From IMG/VR virus record IMGVR_UViG_3300043410_001471, positions 181,437-245,436 of that record: a stretch of DNA of 64,000 nucleotides, one strand, 5' to 3'. Each line of letters opens with the position of its first letter. Positions within the stretch are counted from its first letter, which is position 1. The position numbers were made by a program, and so were the translations under genes. Below the pieces are notes generated by a model. It made no database searches. It was not told the origin of the DNA and saw only the letters and a list, made by a program, of their open reading frames with translations. Shown here one piece after another: positions 51,123-60,326 of the stretch.

Positions 51123-51758
51123 ATGAAGAGAATTTTATCCATTGTTATGCTATTGGTTATAGCAACAACATTAAACGCACAAGATGTAGTACAATTGAAA
51201 CATCTTAATTACACATCACATTTCAGTAAATCAAAAAAATACCCTGTAATGGTAGAATGGTGGGAAACTAAAATCAAAGTTGGATGCGCAACTCCACTTC
51301 CTCGTAAGGATAACTTTAAGCCAGACCCATTATTACCAAAAGAAACTAACATCGGACAAGATTATGTAAATAGTGGATACGATAGAGGTCATTTAATGCC
51401 AGCAAAATCAAACCAATGTCAAACAACATTTGTACAAGATGAGTGTTTCTATTATTCTAATATGGCTGCACAAACACATAGATTAAATGCAGGAGATTGG
51501 AAATCATTGGAAACTCTAACAAGAGAATGGGCAGTAGTACAAGATTCGGTGCATGTGTGGGCTGGAAATGTTGGTGAGATTAAAAAAATAGGTACAACAT
51601 CAGTTCCAAAACAATGTTGGAAAGTAGTACATATTAAGAAAACAAATGAGTGGTTCTTTTACTTATTTGAGAATGATTTATCAGCACCAGATGGTATCAA
51701 TAACAATAAGGTGTTAAGAGAAGATATAGAGAAATTGACAGGTTTTAAATTCCAATAG
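51123..51758 (+). CDS. Secreted DNA/RNA non-specific endonuclease (NucA/EndA family)
   Basis: Signal peptide (LNA|Q); YDRGHL, SNMAAQ..LN..W. Confidence 0.92.
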   Translation: MKRILSIVMLLVIATTLNAQDVVQLKHLNYTSHFSKSKKYPVMVEWWETKIKVGCATPLPRKDNFKPDPLLPKETNIGQDYVNSGYDRGHLMPAKSNQCQTTFVQDECFYYSNMAAQTHRLNAGDWKSLETLTREWAVVQDSVHVWAGNVGEIKKIGTTSVPKQCWKVVHIKKTNEWFFYLFENDLSAPDGINNNKVLREDIEKLTGFKFQ

Positions 51759-51806
51759 GGGGAGGGGCTGGGGTAACGCAGTCGTAAACCCAAAATTTTT
51801 GATAGT

Positions 51807-51896
51807 ATGCAACAAAACGATATTTGCCCTAAATGCTCTTCGGTAATCGGTTCGGAGGGGATTTGTTGGGGGTGTATGATTAAAAGAAATAATTAG
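51807..51896 (+). CDS. 29-aa four-Cys microprotein, absent from the ORF track
   Basis: MQQNDICPKCSSVIGSEGICWGCMIKRNN; stop 2 nt before the next ATG. Confidence 0.5.
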   Translation: MQQNDICPKCSSVIGSEGICWGCMIKRNN

Positions 51897-51898
51897 GT

Positions 51899-52411
51899 AT
51901 GAGAACCACTAAATTCGTAACACAAACGGAAGAAACGGAACTAATCCATAAGTTGGGGGATAGACTTTTGGAATCGGGCTATAACGCTTCGAATTCGGTA
52001 ATAGTGATAGTGAGTACGGATTATTCATCCATAGTAGGTCAAATCCTACGACATTATCTTTCCCATAACGGAGAGGTGTGTGAGGGGTTTGGAATCGATG
52101 TTCCATATCCGGATGAAACTTGGAATAGAAGGTATGTTGATGAAATGTATGAAACCTTTCGAATACACTCCAATTCTTTTAGAGGAAAGGCTCTGATATT
52201 TGTGGAGGCTGGTGTAATTAGAGGTGGAAATTATACATATATTATGGATTGGATTAAAAAGCGTTTAGAAACTGGGAAACGACTTGTAACTCTAACTCTT
52301 TTTGAAAATGTGGGTTCGAAGTTCAAATCAGATTTTGTAGGCGAATACTATGATGATTCTAAAGAAGATTTAACTTTTTGGTGGGAAAGGTATAATAATC
52401 ATTGGAAATGA
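51899..52411 (+). CDS. Phosphoribosyltransferase-fold protein
   Basis: LIFVEAGVIRGGNY resembles a degenerate PRPP-binding loop. Confidence 0.5.
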   Translation: MRTTKFVTQTEETELIHKLGDRLLESGYNASNSVIVIVSTDYSSIVGQILRHYLSHNGEVCEGFGIDVPYPDETWNRRYVDEMYETFRIHSNSFRGKALIFVEAGVIRGGNYTYIMDWIKKRLETGKRLVTLTLFENVGSKFKSDFVGEYYDDSKEDLTFWWERYNNHWK

Positions 52412-52453
52412 AAAAAATTATATATTTATTATAGAAACTAAAATAACAAAACT

Positions 52454-52648
52454 ATGGAAGAAAAAGAATTAGATAAAGGGCCATTTAAAATATGTTTGGC
52501 TTGTACATCTACTCCAGTTGAAGGATGTGAATCTATGACAATGGATGAAGCATTAGAATGGTTAAATGCGAACAATGAAACTTTAGAAGAACCGGCTGAA
52601 TGTGGTGATTTAAAGAAGTACATTGTATTGGATGCGAATCATAACTAA
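52454..52648 (+). CDS. Small acidic Cys-containing protein
   Basis: ORF after an ATATTTATT motif. Confidence 0.6.
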   Translation: MEEKELDKGPFKICLACTSTPVEGCESMTMDEALEWLNANNETLEEPAECGDLKKYIVLDANHN

Positions 52649-52670
52649 TATAGTAAAAACATATATTGTG

Positions 52671-52749
52671 TAACTGATTGATAACCAATTAGTTAGATAA
52701 CCCATTGATTTTTAACGACTTATAACTCGTTGATTTTCAATGGGTTATA
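52671..52749. repeat. Two adjacent imperfect palindromes
   Basis: TAACTGATTG-5-CAATTAGTTA (52671-52695) and ATAACCCATTGA...TCAATGGGTTAT (52697-52749). Confidence 0.8.
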
Positions 52750-52831
52750 TTTTTTTGTAAAAAAAGTACCTCAAAAATTTGGCAGTATCGACATTTATTC
52801 GTATATTTACTATGTAATAAATGATAAAGAT

Positions 52832-53059
52832 ATGAATATTAAGCAATTTTATTTGGAAAGTTACCCAACTGATGAATTGGGTGTTGAAATTAATTCACAA
52901 GCTACATTCGGTGGTTTATGGGCCGCAATTCGTGGTGGTATTGTTTACGAATATATTGGTGTTTTTGATTCCGTAATTAGAGAGAGGGTTTTTGAGAAAT
53001 TCTCCGAAATTACAGGTCATGATTATGATTACATTTATCAAGAATGGATAAATTCTTAA
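52832..53059 (+). CDS. Hypothetical protein
   Basis: ATG 52832 downstream of a promoter; the 52730 start overlaps the palindrome and promoter. Confidence 0.7.
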   Translation: MNIKQFYLESYPTDELGVEINSQATFGGLWAAIRGGIVYEYIGVFDSVIRERVFEKFSEITGHDYDYIYQEWINS

Positions 53060-53160
53060 AAAATAATTGAGAAAAAGCTTGACTTGTGTTCAATTTTTTT
53101 GTATATTGTAAGGTAATTGAGAGTGAGAGTTAAAATCGTTAAAATCTAAAATTTAAAAAT

Positions 53161-53739
53161 ATGAAATCTAAAATGAAATTTACTTGGTTGGGTGTTAATT
53201 TTGAATTACCATCAGAGTGTTTAAGAACTACTTCTTATTGGGGTGAGAAATTAGAAACTCCTTATATTTCTATCGGACGTAAAGAAGTTCCCCTTTTGTT
53301 CAAACAATATGTTAAAGCTAAATATCCTGATTTTTTAGTGTGGGGTAAATCATCCACTTTCGCTAATGGTTCTTCTTCTGATTTGTATGTGTGTAAAGCC
53401 AATGGTGATGAACTTGATTATAGTTCTAAAGAATACAATGATTTAAGTTCATTCGCTAATATGATGCAAGGCGGTCGTTACAATGGTATGGAAGATATCT
53501 ACGAATACGGGGAGTCTGGTCAAACTGATAACGGAACTAGATTGGAATTTAATTCCAAATATGTTCATTTCCAACCTAAAGCTCCTTTCGCTTCTTGGCC
53601 AGATGTAAAGAGAATGTTAATCGATATGCAAGAAGGTAAGTATGTTTGGGGCCCGATTTCATTGGAGAAAGCAATTGAGAAAGTTAAGGGTTACAAAGCT
53701 AAAGATTCTGATATTCAGAAAGCATTACAATACATTTAA
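53161..53739 (+). CDS. Hypothetical, LPD29-like domain
   Basis: SSTFANGSS ... GRYNGMEDIYEY resembles LPD29 (G.FDGM.D.Y.Y). Confidence 0.5.
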   Translation: MKSKMKFTWLGVNFELPSECLRTTSYWGEKLETPYISIGRKEVPLLFKQYVKAKYPDFLVWGKSSTFANGSSSDLYVCKANGDELDYSSKEYNDLSSFANMMQGGRYNGMEDIYEYGESGQTDNGTRLEFNSKYVHFQPKAPFASWPDVKRMLIDMQEGKYVWGPISLEKAIEKVKGYKAKDSDIQKALQYI

Positions 53740-53765
53740 TTCCTTAAACTTTAAAATCTAAAATT

Positions 53766-53975
53766 ATGAATAAGATAGAAGAATTAATATCGGTAATTGG
53801 AAAAGAGGTTTCACAAAACCAATCACCAACATTGAGAGGTAAGTTAATAAAAGTAAATAAAAAGACTTGTACTTTTGAGGTAGTAAAATCACCATATCGT
53901 TCAGGCGATGAAAGTAGAATCGGTGAAAGATATTTAGTACCAATTAGTTGGGCTTGGAACGCATTTTTCTTCTAA
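53766..53975 (+). CDS. Small SH3/KOW-like hypothetical protein
   Basis: LRGKLIKVNKKTCTFEV beta pattern. Confidence 0.65.
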   Translation: MNKIEELISVIGKEVSQNQSPTLRGKLIKVNKKTCTFEVVKSPYRSGDESRIGERYLVPISWAWNAFFF

Positions 53976-54057
53976 AATAATTTAAAAATAAATGACAAAA
54001 AGCTTGGCATTATCAAGCTTTTTTCGTACATTTACTAAGTAATAAGAGATAAACATT

Positions 54058-54438
54058 ATGAAAAAAGAACAAGGATACAAAACAATTTTTAGTGATATCG
54101 ATGGGACTCTAATTGAGCAAGTTAGTTTCGAAGAGTTAGACCCAAATGTGGTAAATGTTTTACCAGGTGTTAAAGAGAAAATGAATGAATGGTACAATGC
54201 CGGACATTACATCGTTTTAACTACTGCAAGACCAGAACATTTGAGAGAGATTACTGAAATTCAAATGAACAAAGCAGGTATCAGATTTGACCAATTGGTT
54301 ATGGGTATCGGTAGAGAGGAACGAATTTTAATCAATAACAACTCTTCAAAAGACCCACAACGAAACCGAGCATTTGGAGTGCCAGTTGCTAGAGACGGTG
54401 GGTTTAATCAAATTGATTTTGAATCTGTTGGTTTATAA
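54058..54438 (+). CDS. Cap-less HAD phosphatase
   Basis: FSDIDGTL, LTTAR. Confidence 0.8.
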   Translation: MKKEQGYKTIFSDIDGTLIEQVSFEELDPNVVNVLPGVKEKMNEWYNAGHYIVLTTARPEHLREITEIQMNKAGIRFDQLVMGIGREERILINNNSSKDPQRNRAFGVPVARDGGFNQIDFESVGL

Positions 54439-54465
54439 TTAAAATATAATATATATAACAACAAT

Positions 54466-54839
54466 GGGGATGCCCGGTATTGACAGGTATGAAGTGTTAG
54501 TACAATTGATGCAAGCAGGATTAGATGGAAATCCTTAAACACCTATCGAACAATAAACGCAGTAGAATTATCTACAATGACCTTCGAAGATGCTATGGCA
54601 TTCGTTGGTGCTGATTTAGCAGTAGCTGCCTAATCTCTCCCGCACACATCGTGGGACTTGAAATAGAATGTGAACCCAGGTGGATACCAATTGAACCCGA
54701 AATCGAATTGGAAACATTAATGATAACGAATGTATAAATCTTTATCTATTTTGTCAGTTAAGAAAAACTGACTAAGCTTGTGAATGAGGTTTATTAAACC
54801 ATATTTTGGACGAGGGTTCGACTCCCTCCATCTCCACCA
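54466..54839 (+). ncRNA. ssrA: tmRNA; predicted tag (A)AVELSTMTFEDAMAFVGADLAVAA*
   Basis: GGGGATG/CATCTCC-ACCA acceptor with G3.U70, TTGAC after the 5' end, GGGTTCGACTCCC T-arm, tag ORF 54559-54633 ending AVAA. Confidence 0.93.
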
Positions 54840-54866
54840 TTTTGAAAAAAATTTATACTTATTAGT

Positions 54867-55121
54867 ATGATAAAACTAACGGATTTAATAAGTGAAGCAA
54901 CTACATCTTGGTCAAGAATGATGCAAGGTGTTAGAGCTGGTGGTTCAGGCCCTTGGTCTTTAGTTGCAATTGAGTACAACAAAGTAGTTGCTCAAAAGAA
55001 TAACATTAAAGATAAGAATCTTTTACCTGCTCACTTCGAAGCAATGAGAAGAGAAAATCCAAAAGCTAAAATCCATATCGAAGATGCGGGTGGACAAGTA
55101 GTTTGGAATGAAAAAAAATAA
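54867..55121 (+). CDS. Small protein with MIKLTDLISE N-terminus
   Basis: ORF after ATACTTATTAGTA motif. Confidence 0.75.
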   Translation: MIKLTDLISEATTSWSRMMQGVRAGGSGPWSLVAIEYNKVVAQKNNIKDKNLLPAHFEAMRRENPKAKIHIEDAGGQVVWNEKK

Positions 55122-55125
55122 TACA

Positions 55126-55509
55126 ATGAAACTAAAAGACTTATTAAACGAAAGTGTAGTTGCCAAAGATGGTAAAGTAACATCAAGTGGTAATCTTATC
55201 GGTTATTATGAATTCGATAGAGATTCAGATTCTTTTTGGGTAGATGATGTAAAGAAAGGCAAAGGTCAATTATCATTTGAAACCAAAAAGGAAGTTGAAG
55301 ATTACTTTAAGAAGAATGAAAAAGATGCTATCAAACATTTAGGAAAATTGAGAGAATCCATTCCAGAAGCAACAATGCATGATATGACAAGAGAAAAGGC
55401 ATTGGATAATCTTAAAGATGTAATTCATAATATCAGACCTTATAGTAAGGAAGTAGTTAAACATTGTGAAGCAGCTATTGCAATCATAGAGAAATTTGAA
55501 AAACGATAA
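55126..55509 (+). CDS. Small protein with MKLKDLLNE N-terminus
   Basis: ATG 55126 preferred; second LRES site internally. Confidence 0.75.
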   Translation: MKLKDLLNESVVAKDGKVTSSGNLIGYYEFDRDSDSFWVDDVKKGKGQLSFETKKEVEDYFKKNEKDAIKHLGKLRESIPEATMHDMTREKALDNLKDVIHNIRPYSKEVVKHCEAAIAIIEKFEKR

Positions 55510-56261
55510 TGATTAAGTTAAAAGATTTATTAAATTCAAACATATTAAATGAGGGTGTAGATGACCCGGGTATTCTTAAATGTGTATTTTTAGCAGGAGG
55601 ACCTGGTAGTGGTAAATCGAAGGTAGCTGCAGATTTGTTTGGTGTACAAGGTATAGCAACATTTTCGGCAAGTGGATTGAAGATGGTGAATTCTGATATC
55701 GCATTTGAAGCTCAATTAAAAAAGAGTGGTATTGACCCAAAAGATTTAGGTAAAATTGAAAAGGAAGACCCTGCATTATGGGATTTCATTACTAAATCAA
55801 AAGAAGGTCCGAGAGAAACGGGAAAAGGAATTACTCAAAAAACCAAAGCATTTTATGAAGAGGGTAGATTGGGTATGATTATAGATGGTACGGGTGATGA
55901 TGTGGCTAAAATCAGAAAGCAAAAAGCAAGAGCAGAAGAGTTAGGATACGATACATATATGGTATTTGTGAATACATCATTGGAAATAGCTCAGGCTCGT
56001 AACGCTAAAAGAAGTAGAAGTTTGCCAGAATCATTGGTTAATGATATATGGAAAGAATGTCAGCACAATTTAGGAGCATTTCAAACCCTATTTAGTGGTA
56101 ATTTCCGTATCATAGATAACACAAAGGATGGTAACAATATAACATCAAGCATTCAAAAAGCAGTTGATGGATTCATAAGAGAACCATTGAGAAATGCAGT
56201 TGGTAAGAAATGGGTAACGAATGCAAGAATTTTAAAAAACGCAAATATAATTAAGAAATGA
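55509..56261 (+). CDS. Zeta-toxin/AAA_33-like P-loop kinase with MIKLKDLL N-terminus
   Basis: LAGGPGSGKS, MIIDGT, ARNAKRSR. Confidence 0.75.
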   Translation: MIKLKDLLNSNILNEGVDDPGILKCVFLAGGPGSGKSKVAADLFGVQGIATFSASGLKMVNSDIAFEAQLKKSGIDPKDLGKIEKEDPALWDFITKSKEGPRETGKGITQKTKAFYEEGRLGMIIDGTGDDVAKIRKQKARAEELGYDTYMVFVNTSLEIAQARNAKRSRSLPESLVNDIWKECQHNLGAFQTLFSGNFRIIDNTKDGNNITSSIQKAVDGFIREPLRNAVGKKWVTNARILKNANIIKK

Positions 56262-56959
56262 TAAAGGCAGGTAGATACGATTTAAACGAAGCATCATTAG
56301 GTAGAATATATCAACATGTGGTTTCAAATCCTAAAATGAAAAATTGGGGAGTAGTAACTGCAAGTAGAGGTGAATTGACACCTGCTGAAAACAAACAAAG
56401 AAACAAAGAGTTAGAAAACGATTTGCGTAAATTGGGATACGGGTTTGTTCATGTAGATGGTATGTGGCAGGAATGTAGACAACCAAATACGGAATATAAG
56501 GATTGTCCAGAAGATATGAAAGTACCAACTGAAGAGAAATCTTTATTTGTACCTAACATATCACAACAACATATTCAGGCATTAGGTAAGAAGTATCAAC
56601 AAGATAGTGTATTATTTGCGGATGAAGCAACTAAAGCCAAAGGTGAAGCAACATTTATTGATTCAAAATCAGGTGAAGCATTCAACATTGGTAAGTTTGC
56701 ACCTGGCAAAATAGCACAAGGTTATTCTAAAATGAAAGGTGGTAAAGTATTCACATTTGAACCACAAGAAGAGCCTAAAGAAGAACCAAAGGATGATATG
56801 AAGTTGAAATCTTTATTACCTAAAGGAATATTGGATAAAACTGTTATGAATCCTGATACAGGTAAAATGATTAAGGTTAAATCGGCGTTGAAATACGATG
56901 ATGACCATAAGGTTAAGCAGGCTGCAAAATCAATGATTAAAACTGCTTTACATAAATAA
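56258..56959 (+). CDS. Conserved-looking phage protein with C-terminal basic module
   Basis: LNEASLGR; TASR..EN..RN..L..DLR..GYG; LGKKYQQDSVL. Confidence 0.7.
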   Translation: MIKAGRYDLNEASLGRIYQHVVSNPKMKNWGVVTASRGELTPAENKQRNKELENDLRKLGYGFVHVDGMWQECRQPNTEYKDCPEDMKVPTEEKSLFVPNISQQHIQALGKKYQQDSVLFADEATKAKGEATFIDSKSGEAFNIGKFAPGKIAQGYSKMKGGKVFTFEPQEEPKEEPKDDMKLKSLLPKGILDKTVMNPDTGKMIKVKSALKYDDDHKVKQAAKSMIKTALHK

Positions 56960-56964
56960 ATTTT

Positions 56965-58197
56965 GTGAAAATTGGTTATTTGAATAAATGTGTATTTTAC
57001 ACATTCCAAGGTAGTAATGTATTATCCGATTTGGAAAAATTGGAATACGATATTACGCAATATCAAATCGATGAATCATTTGATTATGATTCCATCGATA
57101 CAGAGAAAACCAATTTCTTAATTTTTAATTGGAGTAGGTATTTTACCGAGTATTACGATGACCCTATTGATAAAGAGGAATATCGTAAACAAGGTTTTGT
57201 ATTTACTAAAAAGTTTTTTGAAATAGTTGAAATATTATCTGAAAAGGGATTTAATTTTTTGATAGATAATGTAATGGAAGCTGATGTGTATATAACTCCG
57301 GAATTAGTTTTCTTCTTGGAAAAATTCCATCAGATGAAAATTAATTCGAATAGATTAGCTATGATTTATAACAATAGTATAAACATGGGTAGTTCTATTG
57401 TTAGAATTAGAAATTTTGAATTAAATACCTTTCATTTTCCTCATTTTTTCATATCCACATTATTTGAATTACCAGATATAGTAGATTGTAAATTTGAAAA
57501 GGAAACGGATTTTTTAATTCTAAATAGAAGATTGGGATTAAATAAATTTAAATTATTAAAAACCATATCTGATAGGGGATTATTGGATAAATGTTTATAT
57601 ACGATTCTATCGATTTTGCCAGATACTACTTATAATTTAAATAAGTATGCTGAATTGAATGAAGTGGCAAAACATATAGGATTGGATAGATTACCAATAA
57701 CATTATCCGATGATATTGCTGATGTAAACGATGTATTAAAAGATGATACATATTTGTATAGATTAAATACAAATGTATTTTTTAAGACAAAAGTTAATAT
57801 CATACCTGAAACATTTTTAGATTATAGAATTGATGATAGATTTACAAATACAATTCATATTACTGAAAAAACATGGAAAGCAATATATATAGGAGTCCCA
57901 TTTGTAGTAAGCGCTACAAACGGACATATTGAAACTTTACATAAGTTTGGATTCAAAACTTTTAACAATGTAATTGATGAAAGTTATGATTTGGAAGAAG
58001 ATGTTGATATTAAATTAGATAAGATAGTAACATCAGCAATTCAATTACTTGATAAGTACAATACAAATGAAGTATTGGATATTATTGAGTACAATAAAGC
58101 CCTTTTTAAGAATATTGAGCATAAAAAAAGTATTATTGAAGAATACTTTATAAAAGATTTTCAAAATATTTTTAAAAAAAATAAAAAATATATATAG
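56965..58197 (+). CDS. Hypothetical, GT10-like C-terminus
   Basis: GTG start; NIIPET..ITEKTWKAI..PF. Confidence 0.5.
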   Translation: MKIGYLNKCVFYTFQGSNVLSDLEKLEYDITQYQIDESFDYDSIDTEKTNFLIFNWSRYFTEYYDDPIDKEEYRKQGFVFTKKFFEIVEILSEKGFNFLIDNVMEADVYITPELVFFLEKFHQMKINSNRLAMIYNNSINMGSSIVRIRNFELNTFHFPHFFISTLFELPDIVDCKFEKETDFLILNRRLGLNKFKLLKTISDRGLLDKCLYTILSILPDTTYNLNKYAELNEVAKHIGLDRLPITLSDDIADVNDVLKDDTYLYRLNTNVFFKTKVNIIPETFLDYRIDDRFTNTIHITEKTWKAIYIGVPFVVSATNGHIETLHKFGFKTFNNVIDESYDLEEDVDIKLDKIVTSAIQLLDKYNTNEVLDIIEYNKALFKNIEHKKSIIEEYFIKDFQNIFKKNKKYI

Positions 58198-58253
58198 ATA
58201 TATTTGGAAGTTAAAAAAAACTTTCGTATATTTGTATCAACAAAAGAGAAAAA

Positions 58254-58264
58254 GTTCTTTAACA
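58254..58264 (+). promoter_or_regulatory. boxA-like antiterminator GTTCTTT(A/G)A (also 58951, 62744)
   Basis: Resembles rrn boxA (TGCTCTTTAACA); each copy lies between a promoter and a stable-RNA gene. Confidence 0.55.
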
Positions 58265-58270
58265 TTATAT

Positions 58271-58341
58271 CGTGGGGTAGTGTAACGGTAGCATATTGGG
58301 CTCATAACCCTAAGACGGAGGTTCGAATCCTCCCCCCGCAA
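58271..58341 (+). tRNA. tRNA-fMet(CAT)
   Basis: C1.A72 mismatch, GGG/CCC anticodon stem, cloverleaf. Confidence 0.92.
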
Positions 58342-58967
58342 CTAAAGTAAAAAAATTTACAAATAAATTAGGAAATGTGAAAATGTTTTCGTATATTTGT
58401 AAAACAAAATGAGATAGTGGTTGAAGCCAACATCTAATAAAACCGAATGTGTGAACATCTTTCCAACATATTAGCGGAGGGGTTAAAAAGCCGGATATCA
58501 CTAATTCATTTTGAAAAATATAATAATTGTGGGAGAGTAGACTAATTGTAAATAAGACGCCCGTAAAATGTACAACATTTCAATTATTATTACAAATAAT
58601 TTGGAAGTTTGAAAAAACTTTCGTATATTTGTAAAGTTGTTCAGAAGTAGGAAGTATATATGGTGTAAGTAAACATAGCTGAAAATGTTCAACAAAAAAA
58701 ATTAAAATAAATTTGAAAGTTTATTTGGAATTGTGAAAAAAAAGTATTATCTTTACATAGTAAATGAGAAACTTATAGGCGATGAAAGATACTCGGTATT
58801 CAAATTTATAAAAAAATAATTGTAAAAATATTAGGAAGTTTGGAAAAGTTTTCGTATCTTTACAAAGTAATCAGAAATCGTAAAAACATACCTGAAGTAA
58901 GAGTAACAAAGTTTACTATACCAAATGGTTGAAATCTGATTACAAAAAATGTTCTTTAAAATACTGA

Positions 58968-59837
58968 AAAGATTATACATAGTAGATTCGTTCTACATAG
59001 TATAACAACGGCCGCCTATGGTCGTGAAATAAACTACGAAAGTAGGATAAAGTGGGTACATTGGTTAATGTAACTGCGGCTACTCCCCCGTAAGGGAGCA
59101 AGCTTGAGTAGGCAAGTGAGATATCATTCTGACTTTGTAGGTGGGGGTAACACTATCATCGAAGAGCCGGAATGACTGGGCAAATGTAGATTGTTCAGTT
59201 GAGATGGGAACATCAATAAGAATAACTCATAGAATTATTGTGAAAAGTAAGGACTTAATCTCTCCTTATTATTGCGTGATTCAATACAAAAGTGGTCTTG
59301 AGAATCAAGCTATCCGAAAGGACGTGAGATAAGATAATGTACGAGTGGTGTCGTTATTATCCTTTAGACTGGGACACCAATCCCTTCTATTGAAGATGAC
59401 TTGAAGTATGGTGATAGGGATATCACATTGAGTAGTATAGTATTCTGTTGTTCAAAAGATAACGGAGCTGGTGGCAAACCACTACTCGAATCCATCTACA
59501 AACCAAAACTCATTTGCATTTTGACGCAAAATCATAAATCAAGTAAGCAAAAGTGTTTGCCAGTTTCAGATGAAAGGTGTGTACATAGTAGGGAGTTGTT
59601 CCTTGCCACGATACCTCCGCAAGAGGTCTGTGATTCTTTTGAAAGGTTTCTAGCATCGCAAGTGTGAATCAGCTCGGCAGGGTTGAAGAAAATAAGTAGG
59701 AAGAGAGTAATCTGAAACTCTAAGAGTGGTTGGCTATACTAACCCACATTGAATTGGTACATCTCAAAAGGGTGTGGAAAAGAAAGGAAACAATAATCTT
59801 TCGAAAGCTGGTTCACAAAAAGGAGTATTCTCATCCT
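58968..59837 (+). ncRNA. Large structured ncRNA, GOLLD-like (boundaries approximate)
   Basis: ~870 nt, GC-richer than flanks, no convincing ORF, many short hairpins (CTAC-GAAA-GTAG 59034, CTCCC..GGGAG 59083, ACCTC-CGCAA-GAGGT 59613), directly upstream of the tRNA array. Confidence 0.7.
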
Positions 59838-59844
59838 TATATAA

Positions 59845-59915
59845 GCGAGATTAGTGTAACGGTAGCACAGCAGCCGTCCAGGTTGCAAGATGGGGTTCAA
59901 TTCCTTGGTTTCGCT
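59845..59915 (+). tRNA. Atypical tRNA-Gly(TCC), G33, weak T-stem
   Basis: GCGAGAT/GTTTCGC-T acceptor; anticodon loop CG-TCC-AG. Confidence 0.65.
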
Positions 59916-60131
59916 CTTCGTAGTGGTTTACGGCAGATAGGTTGGGTGTATCTCTCCAATAACTGGAAATCCACTTTAAAAAAAATGACAAATAGTGTGA
60001 AGATATGGTTTTCGTAGGGGATTTTCGCCTTAAACAATCTCAACCAATACGAATTAGTGTTGATGGTAAAAGCGGCTGTAGCTAGGCCTTTGAAAGTACC
60101 ACCCTACAAATCTTTCTTTTATAGCTTATAA

Positions 60132-60202
60132 GCGGTGGAAGTGTAATGTTTGCACACCTAGCGTCCAGCTAGGGGGAGGTGGTTCGAATCCACACCACCG
60201 CT
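60132..60202 (+). tRNA. Atypical tRNA-Gly(TCC), G33
   Basis: Perfect GCGGTGG/CCACCGC-T acceptor; CCTAG/CTAGG stem; loop CG-TCC-AG. Confidence 0.75.
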
Positions 60203-60326
60203 CAATTAACTAATTTATTGAGGATGATAATAACCGGTGCATGACACGACGTGGCGTATTTTGAAGATGAATTAGTTTATTTTATAAAAAAATAACTTTT
60301 AATAAATTTTTACATATATATTAACA

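Larger units (their letters stand above)
58203..58865 (+). promoter_or_regulatory. Five tandem Bacteroidota-type sigma70 promoters
   Basis: -7 boxes TATATTTG/TATCTTTA at 58227, 58392, 58624, 58748, 58855, each with TT(T/A)GGAA ~20 nt upstream. Confidence 0.75.

Noticed and set aside
51758-51776. G-rich run GGGGGAGGGGCTGGGG as a G-quadruplex
   Set aside because: Only three G-tracts; insufficient for a canonical intramolecular G4
59141-60017. ORFs 59141-59332, 59401-59667 and 59730-60017 as proteins
   Set aside because: Atypical composition, overlap the structured RNA and a tRNA; better explained as ncRNA
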